Origin: a virus
IMG/VR virus record: IMGVR_UViG_3300029177_000001
Coordinates: 26,630 to 90,629 of that record
DNA length: 64,000 bases
Direction: 5' to 3' (one strand)
A model generated the notes under the pieces. It saw only the letters and a program-made list of their open reading frames with translations, did not search any database and was not told the DNA's origin. The position numbers were made by a program, and so were the translations under genes. Shown here piece by piece: positions 8,663 to 18,172 of this stretch. Each line of letters begins with the position of its first letter. Positions within the stretch are counted from its first letter, which is position 1.

Positions 8663-8725
8663 ATTATTATTCCAAGTTTCAGAAGAGCATTTGGAAAAAT
8701 ATTTTGAACCCTTGGAGGTGGAGTG

Positions 8726-8884
8726 ATGAAAACAATAATTTACACAGTAGATGACGAAGAACCAGATTGCAATAGATGTGATCATTGTTGCGGCGAAGAT
8801 TATTATTGTATCAAACAATGTGGAGCAGAACATGGGTGGAACGGATACGAAAGGTTAGAGAGAATTGAAAGTGATGAGGAGTAA
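8726..8884 (+). CDS. small Cys-rich protein (52 aa)
   Basis: RBS GGAGGTGGAG; CNRCDHCCGEDYYC. Confidence 0.4.
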   Translation: MKTIIYTVDDEEPDCNRCDHCCGEDYYCIKQCGAEHGWNGYERLERIESDEE

Positions 8885-8886
8885 CC

Positions 8887-9117
8887 ATGTGGAAAATATT
8901 TATTGAGTATGACGATAAGAGTAAAATTACATTAACAGGAAAACACAAAGATATTCCGCTAAGGCTTGCATTAAAATATAACCTACTGTATGCAAATTCC
9001 CAAAGCTGCATAGGTGCAAAATATCAACGATATCCAAAAAAGAATTATCCTGAAATGAGCTTAATGGATAAAATCGAGGAGCTGGAAATGATAGAGAGCG
9101 AGTTGGAGGTGGAATAG
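8887..9117 (+). CDS. hypothetical protein
   Basis: 76-aa ORF tightly following upstream gene. Confidence 0.4.
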   Translation: MWKIFIEYDDKSKITLTGKHKDIPLRLALKYNLLYANSQSCIGAKYQRYPKKNYPEMSLMDKIEELEMIESELEVE

Positions 9118-9330
9118 ATGGATCTAAAAATGGAATATTTAGGAATGGACACTATGACTTACAATTATCTTCTTCGTGCAGGCGCAAGATCAATATTAGA
9201 TGTATGTGATATTTTAAATGGCAAGAGAGCAATGCAGAGAAAAATTCCAGAATACGTTTTGAGAAAAGCGAAGGAATATGTTGAGACACAAGAAAGTATT
9301 TTGGGAGTCCGGTTGTTGGGAGAAGAGTAA
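9118..9330 (+). CDS. hypothetical protein
   Basis: 70-aa ORF, RBS GGAGGTGGAATAG. Confidence 0.4.
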   Translation: MDLKMEYLGMDTMTYNYLLRAGARSILDVCDILNGKRAMQRKIPEYVLRKAKEYVETQESILGVRLLGEE

Positions 9331-9500
9331 TGAAGTATAACAGACAAAAGTTTTGCGATTGTAGCGACAAAGAAAAGTTGCGAATTGTAAAGGAAGAATT
9401 AGCACTTGAAACACATGACAGAACTACGAAAGATGATTTATTGATGCTGCTTGATTGGACGTATAACAGATTAATAAAAGGTGATTTGGAGGTGGAGTGA
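9330..9500 (+). CDS. hypothetical small protein (56 aa)
   Basis: start overlaps upstream stop (TAATG); ends overlapping next start. Confidence 0.35.
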   Translation: MKYNRQKFCDCSDKEKLRIVKEELALETHDRTTKDDLLMLLDWTYNRLIKGDLEVE

Positions 9501-9898
9501 TGAAGATATATGATAAATCAGAATTAACGGGATTCTTCGAAGTAAAACCTACAGCTCAACCGCTCGCCGAAACAAAAGAGAATGTATATATTGGAGATAT
9601 TTTAAGGATTGATTGTAAATTATATAGTGTTTGTATGGTGGCAGCGAGAAGTAGATATGCTGTTGTGAATAAACTTAATATCATAGAATTTCCTGATAAT
9701 CCGAAAGAACAGGTAGGAACAAATGAAATTGTATGTCCTTATTGTCTTGAACAAACAGAAGGATTCGAAATGGATGATAGTGATGATGATTACGAATGTC
9801 CTTGCTGTGGTAGTCGTTTTTCATATCAAAGGGAAGTGATAGTTGCATATAATTCTCAACCGATTTCAAAGAATGAAAATATTTTGGAGATGGAATAA
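9497..9898 (+). CDS. zinc-finger protein
   Basis: RBS GGAGGTGGAG; CPYC...CPCCG. Confidence 0.45.
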   Translation: MMKIYDKSELTGFFEVKPTAQPLAETKENVYIGDILRIDCKLYSVCMVAARSRYAVVNKLNIIEFPDNPKEQVGTNEIVCPYCLEQTEGFEMDDSDDDYECPCCGSRFSYQREVIVAYNSQPISKNENILEME

Positions 9899-10222
9899 AT
9901 GAAATACAAAATAGGTCAAATCCTAACATCAAATTGTGATATAGAAGTAGAGAAGATGTTTGGAGAAAAAGTAATTATTCCAAAAGGGAATAAAATAATT
10001 ATTGGAGCTGACGAATTTGCACATCATTTAAAAGATGGAATGATTCAACCTTTACAGAAAGATACTATTGTCGAAGAATATGATACAGAGGGAATAGCAG
10101 AATACTTAATGAAAAAACTGTCTGAAGTATTTCCATTAGAAGAAATGCTTGAAGATTATGGTATTGAAAAAGAAGAATTTGAAGAAGAAATTGGTTTTTT
10201 CTTAGATGATATAGGATTTTAG
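9899..10222 (+). CDS. hypothetical acidic protein
   Basis: 107-aa ORF immediately after upstream stop. Confidence 0.45.
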   Translation: MKYKIGQILTSNCDIEVEKMFGEKVIIPKGNKIIIGADEFAHHLKDGMIQPLQKDTIVEEYDTEGIAEYLMKKLSEVFPLEEMLEDYGIEKEEFEEEIGFFLDDIGF

Positions 10223-10234
10223 GAGAGTGGAATA

Positions 10235-10777
10235 ATGGAGAACGTACTAGAGAAGATTTTGGAAGAAATAAAGCAATATACAGAAGATGTATACGAATGC
10301 GATCTTGACGATATCGTTGAGTATCAAAGAAGAAACAGAGAGGATAACTGTACATATATTGTACAAGGAATTGAAGAAGCAACAGAGTTTATCCGTTCAC
10401 ACATGGACGAAATAAGAACATTAAAGAAGAAGCCAGTATGGGAAATGGATGTTATGCATCACGAATCTTATGATTTGGGAAGAAATGTTGGGTGGAATGA
10501 ATGTTTAGAAACTATGCAGCGAAATACAAATAATAGTTGGATTCCGGTAGAGGAGAGGTTGCCGGAAGAAAAAGGATGGTATCAATGTACATGTTCTGAC
10601 AAGGAGATCTGGAATGATGATATAGTTAGAGATCTATATTATTACCCAGGAATAAAAGAATTTGTAGATAATATCAGATATGAAAATAATGGGTTAAAAA
10701 ATATTGAAAAATATGTTTGGACGAAATATGTAACAGCGTGGCAGCAACCCAAACCATATAAAGCAAAGGAAAAATAG
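10235..10777 (+). CDS. hypothetical protein
   Basis: 180-aa ORF, RBS AGGAGAGTGG. Confidence 0.5.
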   Translation: MENVLEKILEEIKQYTEDVYECDLDDIVEYQRRNREDNCTYIVQGIEEATEFIRSHMDEIRTLKKKPVWEMDVMHHESYDLGRNVGWNECLETMQRNTNNSWIPVEERLPEEKGWYQCTCSDKEIWNDDIVRDLYYYPGIKEFVDNIRYENNGLKNIEKYVWTKYVTAWQQPKPYKAKEK

Positions 10778-10779
10778 TA

Positions 10780-11865
10780 ATGTTAGAAGATACGAAACAA
10801 CAGTTGCAAATTGTTCTTGATTTGCTGAGAAAATCATTGATAGATAATGGAGTTTCTATGGGAATATCAGGAAATAAAATTATGTTTTTTGATACAAAGA
10901 AATATTTATTAACAGGAAAGTTTGATGGATTTTCTGTAAATATTGATAACTTAGTTAAATAATGAAAGCAGAATTTCAAACGTAGAAAGAGAGAACTAAT
11001 ATATGAAGAAAGACAATGTAAAAACAGTCACAATTAGATGTGACGATAATGCAGAAGCAGTTGTATTTTCTAAGTATACAATGAAAAATTCAACTGATTT
11101 TGAAATCTCTTTTGAGGATTCATATTGCGGTGGAGATTTTAAAGGAGTTATTGGAAGATTTAAAAGAGCATGGATGGCGTTCTGGAATAAGCCGGTGATT
11201 TATAATGGAATTTATTGTGGCGGCGAAGGAAGGGATAGAGTAAGAAATTTTCTGAAGGAATGCTTGGAATTGGTAGAAGGAGAATAGGGGATATGAAAAC
11301 GATCTATATTGCAGATGATGGCAAGCAATTTGAGGATGAATATGAATGTAGAACCTGTGCTAATTACAATCCATTAAGGATGTTGTATGAAAAAGAAAAG
11401 AATGGTGTTCAGTTAGGCGTTCCGATTGAAGTAGTACCACTTGTATATGAAGGAACTGATAAATCAAAAATCCAAGAATTATTAGATAAAGATGATAATG
11501 ATGGTTGAGAAGGCTTGATGCTTAATAAGGATACTAAGTGGAAGTACAAGCGTAATAATGGATTCTTGAAAGTAAAATCATGGAAACATGCAGATTTACT
11601 TTGTACTGGCGTTATTGAGAGAGAAGGCAAAAATAAAGGAACTTTTGGGTCAATTGAATGTGATTATAAGGGATTCAAATTATGAGTACATGGCTTTACT
11701 GATGAAATGAGAGATTATTATTGGAATAATCCAAATGGGATTATTGGTAAGATTGCACAGATTAAATATAAGGGCGAAACAAAGAATAAGCAAGATGGCA
11801 TATCTGGACAGTTTCCAGGTTTCCAGTGTATTAGACATGATAAGACAGAGCCTAGCTATTACTAG
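10780..11865 (+). pseudogene. ATP-dependent DNA ligase remnant (fragmented)
   Basis: motif I-like KFDGFSVNI (T7/Chlorella-virus-type KYDGVRxNI) in fragment 10780-10962; same frame downstream carries motif IV EGLMLNK, motif V GFLKVK and motif VI GQFPGFQCIRHDK, interrupted by in-frame TGA at 11506 and 11689 and several stops near 10960-11035. Confidence 0.5.
11003..11287 (+). CDS. hypothetical protein (ORF lying inside ligase relic, different frame)
   Basis: 94-aa ORF with RBS AGAAAGAGAG; may be real or relic. Confidence 0.3.
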   Translation: MKKDNVKTVTIRCDDNAEAVVFSKYTMKNSTDFEISFEDSYCGGDFKGVIGRFKRAWMAFWNKPVIYNGIYCGGEGRDRVRNFLKECLELVEGE

Positions 11866-11918
11866 ACTTTAGCCTTAAATCATCGGTTTTATTGTGGTTT
11901 TTGAAAGTAGGTGAATGT

Positions 11919-12434
11919 ATGAACGAAATGTTGAAACTTTGTATAGGACAAGGTTATGTGCCAGCAGATTGTAAATTAGATGGCATGTTGGTTTGGTTAT
12001 TAATCAATGAAGGTAAAAATCCTTGTGACGGATGTAACGCAAATTGTGTGCATAGAAGATGTTCTCACTGTGTCAAAAACGAATATGACAACTATAGAAA
12101 AGAAAAATTAGAACATAGAGAACGAATTGAAAAGAGGAAATCATTAGGCACTAATTCAGAAGCAATTATATATGTTGATACTGATTACGACAGTGCATTA
12201 ATAATGGCTATTGAGCCAAATAGTGAAAAGGGGTATTCGCTTAGATGTAAAGGAGCAGACGAAGCATCTCATTACATAGAAATTATGTGTAGTAAACACA
12301 AAGCAAGGCAAGTGATAATACCGTTAAATGGTTGGGGAGTAGCAATATATGATTGTTTAAAAATAAGAAATTTGAAAGATATAGATATTGTTCCACTTAG
12401 ATGCATAGGCGAAAAACTCAATAATTGGAGGTAA
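11919..12434 (+). CDS. hypothetical protein with N-terminal Cys cluster
   Basis: RBS AAGTAGGTGAAT before ATG 11919; CDGCNANCVHRRCSHC. Confidence 0.45.
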   Translation: MNEMLKLCIGQGYVPADCKLDGMLVWLLINEGKNPCDGCNANCVHRRCSHCVKNEYDNYRKEKLEHRERIEKRKSLGTNSEAIIYVDTDYDSALIMAIEPNSEKGYSLRCKGADEASHYIEIMCSKHKARQVIIPLNGWGVAIYDCLKIRNLKDIDIVPLRCIGEKLNNWR

Positions 12435-12575
12435 AACAAATGACAACGGTTGAGAAGATAGATTACATGATTCAGTCTTTGAAGTTGGCAAAAAGACTTC
12501 TGCGAAGCAGTGTTAAGGAAATGGTTAGAAAATGTTTTAAATATAAAAGATTAGTTTTATAGGAGATGATCAAGA

Positions 12576-12956
12576 ATGGTTGATTTAGGTATTACAGAAA
12601 ATGATTTTCATACAGAATGGTATTATTTAACAGGCAGGGAAAATCAGTTATTAAAAGAGTTGTCAGAATGCGTTGGCGATAAAGAAATTATCGTAGTAGC
12701 AAGAGAATTGAAAAAAGTGGTATCTGAACTTCAAACAAAATACGGAGAATCGGATGAAAAGAAATATAAATATGGAGTTTGTTTATCAGCGGAAGATTAT
12801 TCTGATGGTTATGTAAGGTTGACAAGAAGAGAAGCTGAAATTGTTTTTTATGCGACAAGCGAATGTAATTGGGAAGATGCACATTCGAACCCTTATAGTG
12901 GTTCATTTTACATTGATTTGGATAATCCTGTTGAGATTGACGAAAAGGGGATGTAA
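12576..12956 (+). CDS. hypothetical protein
   Basis: 126-aa ORF, RBS AGGAGATGA. Confidence 0.45.
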   Translation: MVDLGITENDFHTEWYYLTGRENQLLKELSECVGDKEIIVVARELKKVVSELQTKYGESDEKKYKYGVCLSAEDYSDGYVRLTRREAEIVFYATSECNWEDAHSNPYSGSFYIDLDNPVEIDEKGM

Positions 12957-12959
12957 ATT

Positions 12960-13778
12960 ATGGATAACAGCAATTTAGCAAAAAGAATGAAACAATATGA
13001 AAGTGTTTCAAAATCAACATTGATAAGACGTATGCCAGTGATCATCAGGCTTGACGGTAGAAGTTTTCATACATTTACAAAAGGGTTTAAAAGACCATTC
13101 GATGATGTATTAGTAAAAACAATGCAAGAGACAATGAAATACCTTTGTGAAAATATTCAAGGATGTGTATTAGGTTATACGCAGTCTGATGAAATTACAC
13201 TTGTGTTAGTAGATTATAAGAACTTAGATTCTCAACCTTGGTTTGATGATGAAGTGCAGAAGATATGTAGTATTGCAGCAAGTATGGCAACTATGGCTTT
13301 TAATAAAAATTTTGAACTTTTTTCTTTAACGATGCGATTAAAAGACTCTGTAGAAAGTAATAAACTTGGTGCAGTATATAAACAAGCAATGAATAAAGGT
13401 GCAATGTTTGATGCAAGATGTTTCAATATTCCAAAAGAAGAAGTAACTAATAATATTTACTGGAGACAACTTGATGCAACGAGAAATTCTATTCAAATGG
13501 TAGGACAAGCTAATTTTTCACATAAAGAATTACAGAATAAATCGTGCAATCAAATTCAAGACATGTTATTTACACAAAAAGGAATTAACTGGAATGATAT
13601 TTCTACATATTTAAAAAGAGGAAGTTGCTGCATTAGAGAAAATTATATTTTTGAAAATTCAAACCCAAATGGTGAGACGTGTGTAGAACGAAGTCGTTGG
13701 ATAATCGACAAAGAAATCCCTATTTTTAAGGGTGAGAATAGAGAATATATTAATAGATTGGTATATGTAGGAGAATAA
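12960..13778 (+). CDS. Thg1-like protein (tRNA-His guanylyltransferase family 3'-5' nucleotidyltransferase)
   Basis: N-terminal KRMKQYE...IIRLDGRSFHTFTKGF...GYTQSDEITLVL closely matches the Thg1 family signature (RIDGRxFHxF ... SDE). Confidence 0.7.
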   Translation: MDNSNLAKRMKQYESVSKSTLIRRMPVIIRLDGRSFHTFTKGFKRPFDDVLVKTMQETMKYLCENIQGCVLGYTQSDEITLVLVDYKNLDSQPWFDDEVQKICSIAASMATMAFNKNFELFSLTMRLKDSVESNKLGAVYKQAMNKGAMFDARCFNIPKEEVTNNIYWRQLDATRNSIQMVGQANFSHKELQNKSCNQIQDMLFTQKGINWNDISTYLKRGSCCIRENYIFENSNPNGETCVERSRWIIDKEIPIFKGENREYINRLVYVGE

Positions 13779-13782
13779 AACT

Positions 13783-14202
13783 GTGATTTCAAAAGAAGAA
13801 ATAATGAAGAAAAAAGACAGGTATAAACTACTTTTACATGCAAAAGATCAGTATTCAAAGGATTTTAATCGTGACTATGAGTTTAAGCATTTATCAAAAA
13901 ATACATTACATAAATTACTAAAGCAATACAAGCATTCGTGTATGGCTGAATGGAGCTATTGTTGCTATGGATTGTATCAAAATTGTTGGCAGGAACCATA
14001 TTTTGAAGGAAATTGGGATATGTCTCAGGAAAGAGTTGACGACGTGATCAGATATGTTATTGATAAAACTGCTAAGATCTGCAGAAAAGATAGCAGAATC
14101 TTGTATTGCAAAGATAATAATGAGATAAACATTGTAATTGTGGCAAGAGATGTATGCAAAAATGATTACTTGATTACATTTACAAATGAGGAAATGGAAT
14201 GA
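13783..14202 (+). CDS. hypothetical protein
   Basis: 139-aa ORF (GTG start; alternative ATG 13804). Confidence 0.45.
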   Translation: MISKEEIMKKKDRYKLLLHAKDQYSKDFNRDYEFKHLSKNTLHKLLKQYKHSCMAEWSYCCYGLYQNCWQEPYFEGNWDMSQERVDDVIRYVIDKTAKICRKDSRILYCKDNNEINIVIVARDVCKNDYLITFTNEEME

Positions 14203-14543
14203 TGAATGTAATTGTTTTAAGTAAAAGAGAGCCGAATATAATTGATGTAGAATACTGGTGCGAAATTACGGAATATCTGGATGAATACATTAGGAAAAAT
14301 TATGGTAAGTTTAATCATTATTTTAGATGTTACATATATGACTGCAGAAGCTGGTGCAATAATACAATAGCGATTCGTATGCCAGGATCAACAATTGGAT
14401 GCATTCAGTTTGACGACGAAAATGTAATTACAGAATGTTGTATTTATGATGATGTAATATCTAAGAGTAGATGTTTTTCTGAAGACATCAATGAACGACT
14501 AAAACGGTTTGTTGGAAGAACATTGAAATTTCAAGAAGAATAG
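14199..14543 (+). CDS. hypothetical protein
   Basis: 114-aa ORF, ATGA overlap. Confidence 0.45.
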   Translation: MMNVIVLSKREPNIIDVEYWCEITEYLDEYIRKNYGKFNHYFRCYIYDCRSWCNNTIAIRMPGSTIGCIQFDDENVITECCIYDDVISKSRCFSEDINERLKRFVGRTLKFQEE

Positions 14544-14553
14544 AGGTGAAAAA

Positions 14554-15153
14554 GTGAATTATTATATTAGTGATTTACATTTATTTCATAAGAATGTGAC
14601 GAATGAAGGTTCTAATTTTGACAATAGACCATTTGATACATTGGAAGAAATGCATAAAGTGATTAAGGAAAATTGGAATTCGAAAATTACTAATGCGGAT
14701 CATGTCTATATTTTAGGAGATTTGGCATGGAAGGAAAACGAAGATGCGATTAAACTTGTTAGTACATTGCGTGGTAATAAACATCTAATTCTTGGCAATC
14801 ACGATAAAGCAACAGATCAAAGATATAAACAGTTATTTGTAGAAATAGCAAATTATAAAGAAGCGAAAGATATGATTGACGGAAAAGAGCATCATGTCGT
14901 AATGTCTCACTTTCCATTGGCTTTTTGGAATCATCAGCATCATTACAGAAGAGATGGAAAAGAGCATAAAGTGTGGTCTGTTCACTTATATGGGCACGTA
15001 CATAATTCTATGGAAGAAGATTATTATCAAGAGTATATCAAAAAACTAAACAGTGAATATGAAATTAAGTGCGTAGCAAAAAATGTAGGGTGTATGTTGT
15101 GGAATTATACACCAGTAACATTGAAAGAAATTTTAGGCAGTAAAGGAGAATAA
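14554..15153 (+). CDS. calcineurin-like metallophosphoesterase
   Basis: DLHLFH ... GDLAW ... GNHD ... GHVH motifs of the metallophosphatase superfamily. Confidence 0.65.
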   Translation: MNYYISDLHLFHKNVTNEGSNFDNRPFDTLEEMHKVIKENWNSKITNADHVYILGDLAWKENEDAIKLVSTLRGNKHLILGNHDKATDQRYKQLFVEIANYKEAKDMIDGKEHHVVMSHFPLAFWNHQHHYRRDGKEHKVWSVHLYGHVHNSMEEDYYQEYIKKLNSEYEIKCVAKNVGCMLWNYTPVTLKEILGSKGE

Positions 15154-15157
15154 ATTT

Positions 15158-15475
15158 ATGAGAGCAATGCTAAGTCAACCAATGGCAGGAAAAACAGATG
15201 AAGAAATTGTAAATACAAGAGAAAAGGCAATTGAATATCTAAGAGATAGAGGATATGAAGTTGTGAATACTTTGTTTACAGACGAATGGTATTCAAAACA
15301 AGTGAATGAATGTAATATTACAAATAGAGGACTCTTCTTTTTAGCAAAATCTTTAGAGCAGATGTCGTTATGTAATATTGTTTATTTTTGCAAAGGGTGG
15401 GAAGATTACAGAGAATGTCGTATTGAACACGCTGCAGCAATCTCTTATGGATTGGATATTATTTACGAGGAGTAA
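15158..15475 (+). CDS. hypothetical protein (possibly DUF4406 / nucleoside 2-deoxyribosyltransferase-like)
   Basis: 105-aa ORF; weak resemblance only. Confidence 0.35.
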   Translation: MRAMLSQPMAGKTDEEIVNTREKAIEYLRDRGYEVVNTLFTDEWYSKQVNECNITNRGLFFLAKSLEQMSLCNIVYFCKGWEDYRECRIEHAAAISYGLDIIYEE

Positions 15476-15480
15476 TTTTA

Positions 15481-15789
15481 ATGGGTAGTTTTGAAATACA
15501 TGGAATTCAAAATGTAAGCTTTGTAGATCTTAAAACTGGAAAGAAGATAAATATAGAAAATGCAGAAGTATCGACATTGAGCGAAAGCAAGGATGTTAAT
15601 GAGCGGAAACCTACTGGTAAGCTGGATATTTCTAAAACACCACATTTTACATGTGAACTTACATATCTAAATAGGAAGGAACTCTTTTGGGCATTATATG
15701 GAATCACAAATAACTACAGAAGATTACATGGTGGACATGCATTGAGAGAAACAACCAGAAGAAGATACATAATGAAACATAAAAAATGA
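15481..15789 (+). CDS. hypothetical protein
   Basis: 102-aa ORF. Confidence 0.4.
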   Translation: MGSFEIHGIQNVSFVDLKTGKKINIENAEVSTLSESKDVNERKPTGKLDISKTPHFTCELTYLNRKELFWALYGITNNYRRLHGGHALRETTRRRYIMKHKK

Positions 15790-15797
15790 ATAAAAAA

Positions 15798-15863
15798 GAC
15801 ACACATCTCCGCGACCAAACTTTGATGTGTGTCTGTAAACACAAATACACTGAATAATTTGGA
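15798..15863 (+). promoter_or_regulatory. perfect 11-bp stem hairpin followed by conserved 27-nt motif AAACACAAATACAYTGAATAATTTGGA (copy 1)
   Basis: agacacacatc/gatgtgtgtct stem (15798-15834) then motif 15837-15863; near-identical module at 41802-41863. Confidence 0.45.
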
Positions 15864-15948
15864 ATCCAATGCATTTATTATATTACATATCTTTACATGT
15901 TTAGTCAAGCATGGATTTCCAAATTAAGAAAATTGAATATAGATAGGA

Positions 15949-16776
15949 GTGATTATTATCGGAGAGTACAAGCCAATTAATTTTACATATTATGATCCGA
16001 GAACCAGCATTTTTAAATCTGGGAAAAGTGACAGAGAAAGTATTTCTGTTTATAAGTGTAATAATTGCGAAAATTGCGATGCTTATAAGCGTAAATGTTG
16101 TGTGATGCTAAATTGGAGGCATAGTTGTCCTTACGGCACAATTGAAAAGAAAGAAGGTTTTACAAAAGCAGCACGTAAATGCGGATATTTAGTAAGTGAA
16201 TATAAGGGAAAATACGGAGATGTTGAATATGCGTTAAAATCATTAAATTTTGTATGTGAAATTGGAGATTATGTTTTTCTTGGATTGCCGCATCTTAATG
16301 GATATAATAATCCAATTCGAAATAGTGATTTCTTTGTAGATGATGACATGATTAAAAAAGATGAATTTACACCTGAATTCGTTGTAGAGCTTATTAAATA
16401 TAAACCATATGCGCTCATGGGTGGAGTAATTTCTTCTTATCAGAAAGAATATGTTCCAAAGTTTTGTGATCAACTAAAAAGACTTATGCCTGACATATAT
16501 AGAAAAGTATGTGAAATCTATCCGGAAATTGAACAGATAGTGGAGAATATTGATTATATAGACAAGATGGCAAAATTAATGACACTTCTTCCTGGGAAAG
16601 TTAAATTATCCACAGATATTCTTGAGTGGGATGGTGAATTATTACATGGGAAAGGAAAACAAATTTCTTTTTGGAAACTAAATGATGAGGAAGTGATTAT
16701 TTTTCCAAATAAAAACACGATAGTAACAATTTGTGATAATTCAACGGTGACTGAAGAGACAGAATTTATTGAATAG
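15949..16776 (+). CDS. hypothetical protein
   Basis: 275-aa ORF; GTG start with poorly spaced RBS, true start uncertain. Confidence 0.45.
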   Translation: MIIIGEYKPINFTYYDPRTSIFKSGKSDRESISVYKCNNCENCDAYKRKCCVMLNWRHSCPYGTIEKKEGFTKAARKCGYLVSEYKGKYGDVEYALKSLNFVCEIGDYVFLGLPHLNGYNNPIRNSDFFVDDDMIKKDEFTPEFVVELIKYKPYALMGGVISSYQKEYVPKFCDQLKRLMPDIYRKVCEIYPEIEQIVENIDYIDKMAKLMTLLPGKVKLSTDILEWDGELLHGKGKQISFWKLNDEEVIIFPNKNTIVTICDNSTVTEETEFIE

Positions 16777-16788
16777 AAGGTGTAAAAA

Positions 16789-17133
16789 GTGAAACATAAA
16801 GTTGGAGATAAAGTAAAGATCCGTAGAGATTTGCAGGTTGGAAAAATATATAATGGTGTTGCAGTTGTTGAAGAAATGGTCGAGCTTGCAGGGAAAACTG
16901 CAACAATAGAATGTGTTAATGAAGACTGCTATGGAGATATTAATTACTATTTAGAAGAGGATAAAGACGGTTGGTATTGGACGGAATTAATGTTTGATTA
17001 TGCCGTAACAAATGCAGACAGAATCAGAAATATGAGTGATGAAAAACTGGCTGATTTTTTAAGAAAGGTAACACTTGGTGCTGCATCTTGTGAGACATGG
17101 ATAGAGTGGTTGACAAGTAAAAAATGGAAATAA
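16789..17133 (+). CDS. hypothetical protein
   Basis: 114-aa ORF, RBS AAGGTG. Confidence 0.45.
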   Translation: MKHKVGDKVKIRRDLQVGKIYNGVAVVEEMVELAGKTATIECVNEDCYGDINYYLEEDKDGWYWTELMFDYAVTNADRIRNMSDEKLADFLRKVTLGAASCETWIEWLTSKKWK

Positions 17134-17182
17134 TAAGATAGAAATTCGTAATTTATATGAAATTTTAATGGTGTAAAAGTTT

Positions 17183-17476
17183 ATGGAAATAAGAAAACAT
17201 AAAGTAGATAATGTATGGATTTTTGGTGAATATGATTTCTATGTTGATAACAAATTAGTTGCACAACTCAGAAATCAATTGGTTGGAACAGATTATGTTT
17301 ATCTGTATTTTCTTCCAGATCTATATAATTGTACCGATAGAACAAGGATTAATTTGAGGTATATGACTTATAACGAAGTCATTAAAAAGGCAACTAATAT
17401 TGTAGTAAAAAAATTATATTTGATTACTACAAATGTATTATCGGAAATAAAAAAGGTTGAAATAATCGAGGAATAA
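17183..17476 (+). CDS. hypothetical protein
   Basis: 97-aa ORF. Confidence 0.4.
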   Translation: MEIRKHKVDNVWIFGEYDFYVDNKLVAQLRNQLVGTDYVYLYFLPDLYNCTDRTRINLRYMTYNEVIKKATNIVVKKLYLITTNVLSEIKKVEIIEE

Positions 17477-17585
17477 TTGTTACGAATAAATTATCAAATA
17501 AGGAAGAATGGAGCTAGACTGGTGTATATATGATGGAGAATAAAACAAATGAAAACTGGATTTCAAACAGACTGGAGGAACAAAA

Positions 17586-17867
17586 GTGAAACCAAAACTA
17601 GGTAGAAAAGTATACTGCATTTATGAAACAGGAATTATGGTCGATCGTGTTGGCTATGTTGGAAAAGATAGTTTTATAGTTGAAAGTTATGGATTATCGA
17701 CAGTACCGAGTAGTTGGGAATGGAACTATGATATGTATGGAAAACGATGGTTTACAAACTTATCAGAAGCTAAAAAGGTGTTGATCGATATCTATAAAGA
17801 AAGATATGAAAACAAATTAAAAATAGTGAAGATTGCAGATGATTGGTATGCGCTTGAGTTTTGTTAA
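17586..17867 (+). CDS. hypothetical protein
   Basis: 93-aa ORF, RBS GGAGGAACAAAAGTG. Confidence 0.4.
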   Translation: MKPKLGRKVYCIYETGIMVDRVGYVGKDSFIVESYGLSTVPSSWEWNYDMYGKRWFTNLSEAKKVLIDIYKERYENKLKIVKIADDWYALEFC

Positions 17868-17890
17868 TATGGGAGAAGGTGGTATAGAAA

Positions 17891-18169
17891 ATGAATAAAG
17901 ATTGGAATTCAATTAAGAGGGTTGGGCTTCCAGAATTAGAAGAGGTTACAACAACTAATTTTAGTTCTGTATATAAAAGCAAAGAAGTTCTAATTCAAAC
18001 CAAACGAGGTGAGCGGTTTGTAGCATATTGCAGAAAAGAAGTGTATGCGAACAAGAAATGGAAAGATGAAGTTTATTGGTTTTCACATGGAACAGGTGGA
18101 AGAAAAATGAAGGTGATGAGTACAGTTGTTGCTTGGATGGAATTACCTGAGAAATATGAAGGAGAATAA
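17891..18169 (+). CDS. hypothetical protein
   Basis: 92-aa ORF, RBS GGAGAAGGTGG. Confidence 0.4.
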   Translation: MNKDWNSIKRVGLPELEEVTTTNFSSVYKSKEVLIQTKRGERFVAYCRKEVYANKKWKDEVYWFSHGTGGRKMKVMSTVVAWMELPEKYEGE

Positions 18170-18172
18170 GAA

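Noticed and set aside
11506-11691. In-frame TGA codons inside the conserved ligase C-terminal region as a sign of genome-wide stop-codon reassignment (TGA to Trp/Gly)
   Set aside because: Long conserved ORFs (DnaE 1037 aa, NrdD, RecD-like, LigA) are uninterrupted under the standard code, and many genes end at TGA at domain-consistent positions (e.g. 749-751, 48420-48422). Local pseudogenisation is more parsimonious.
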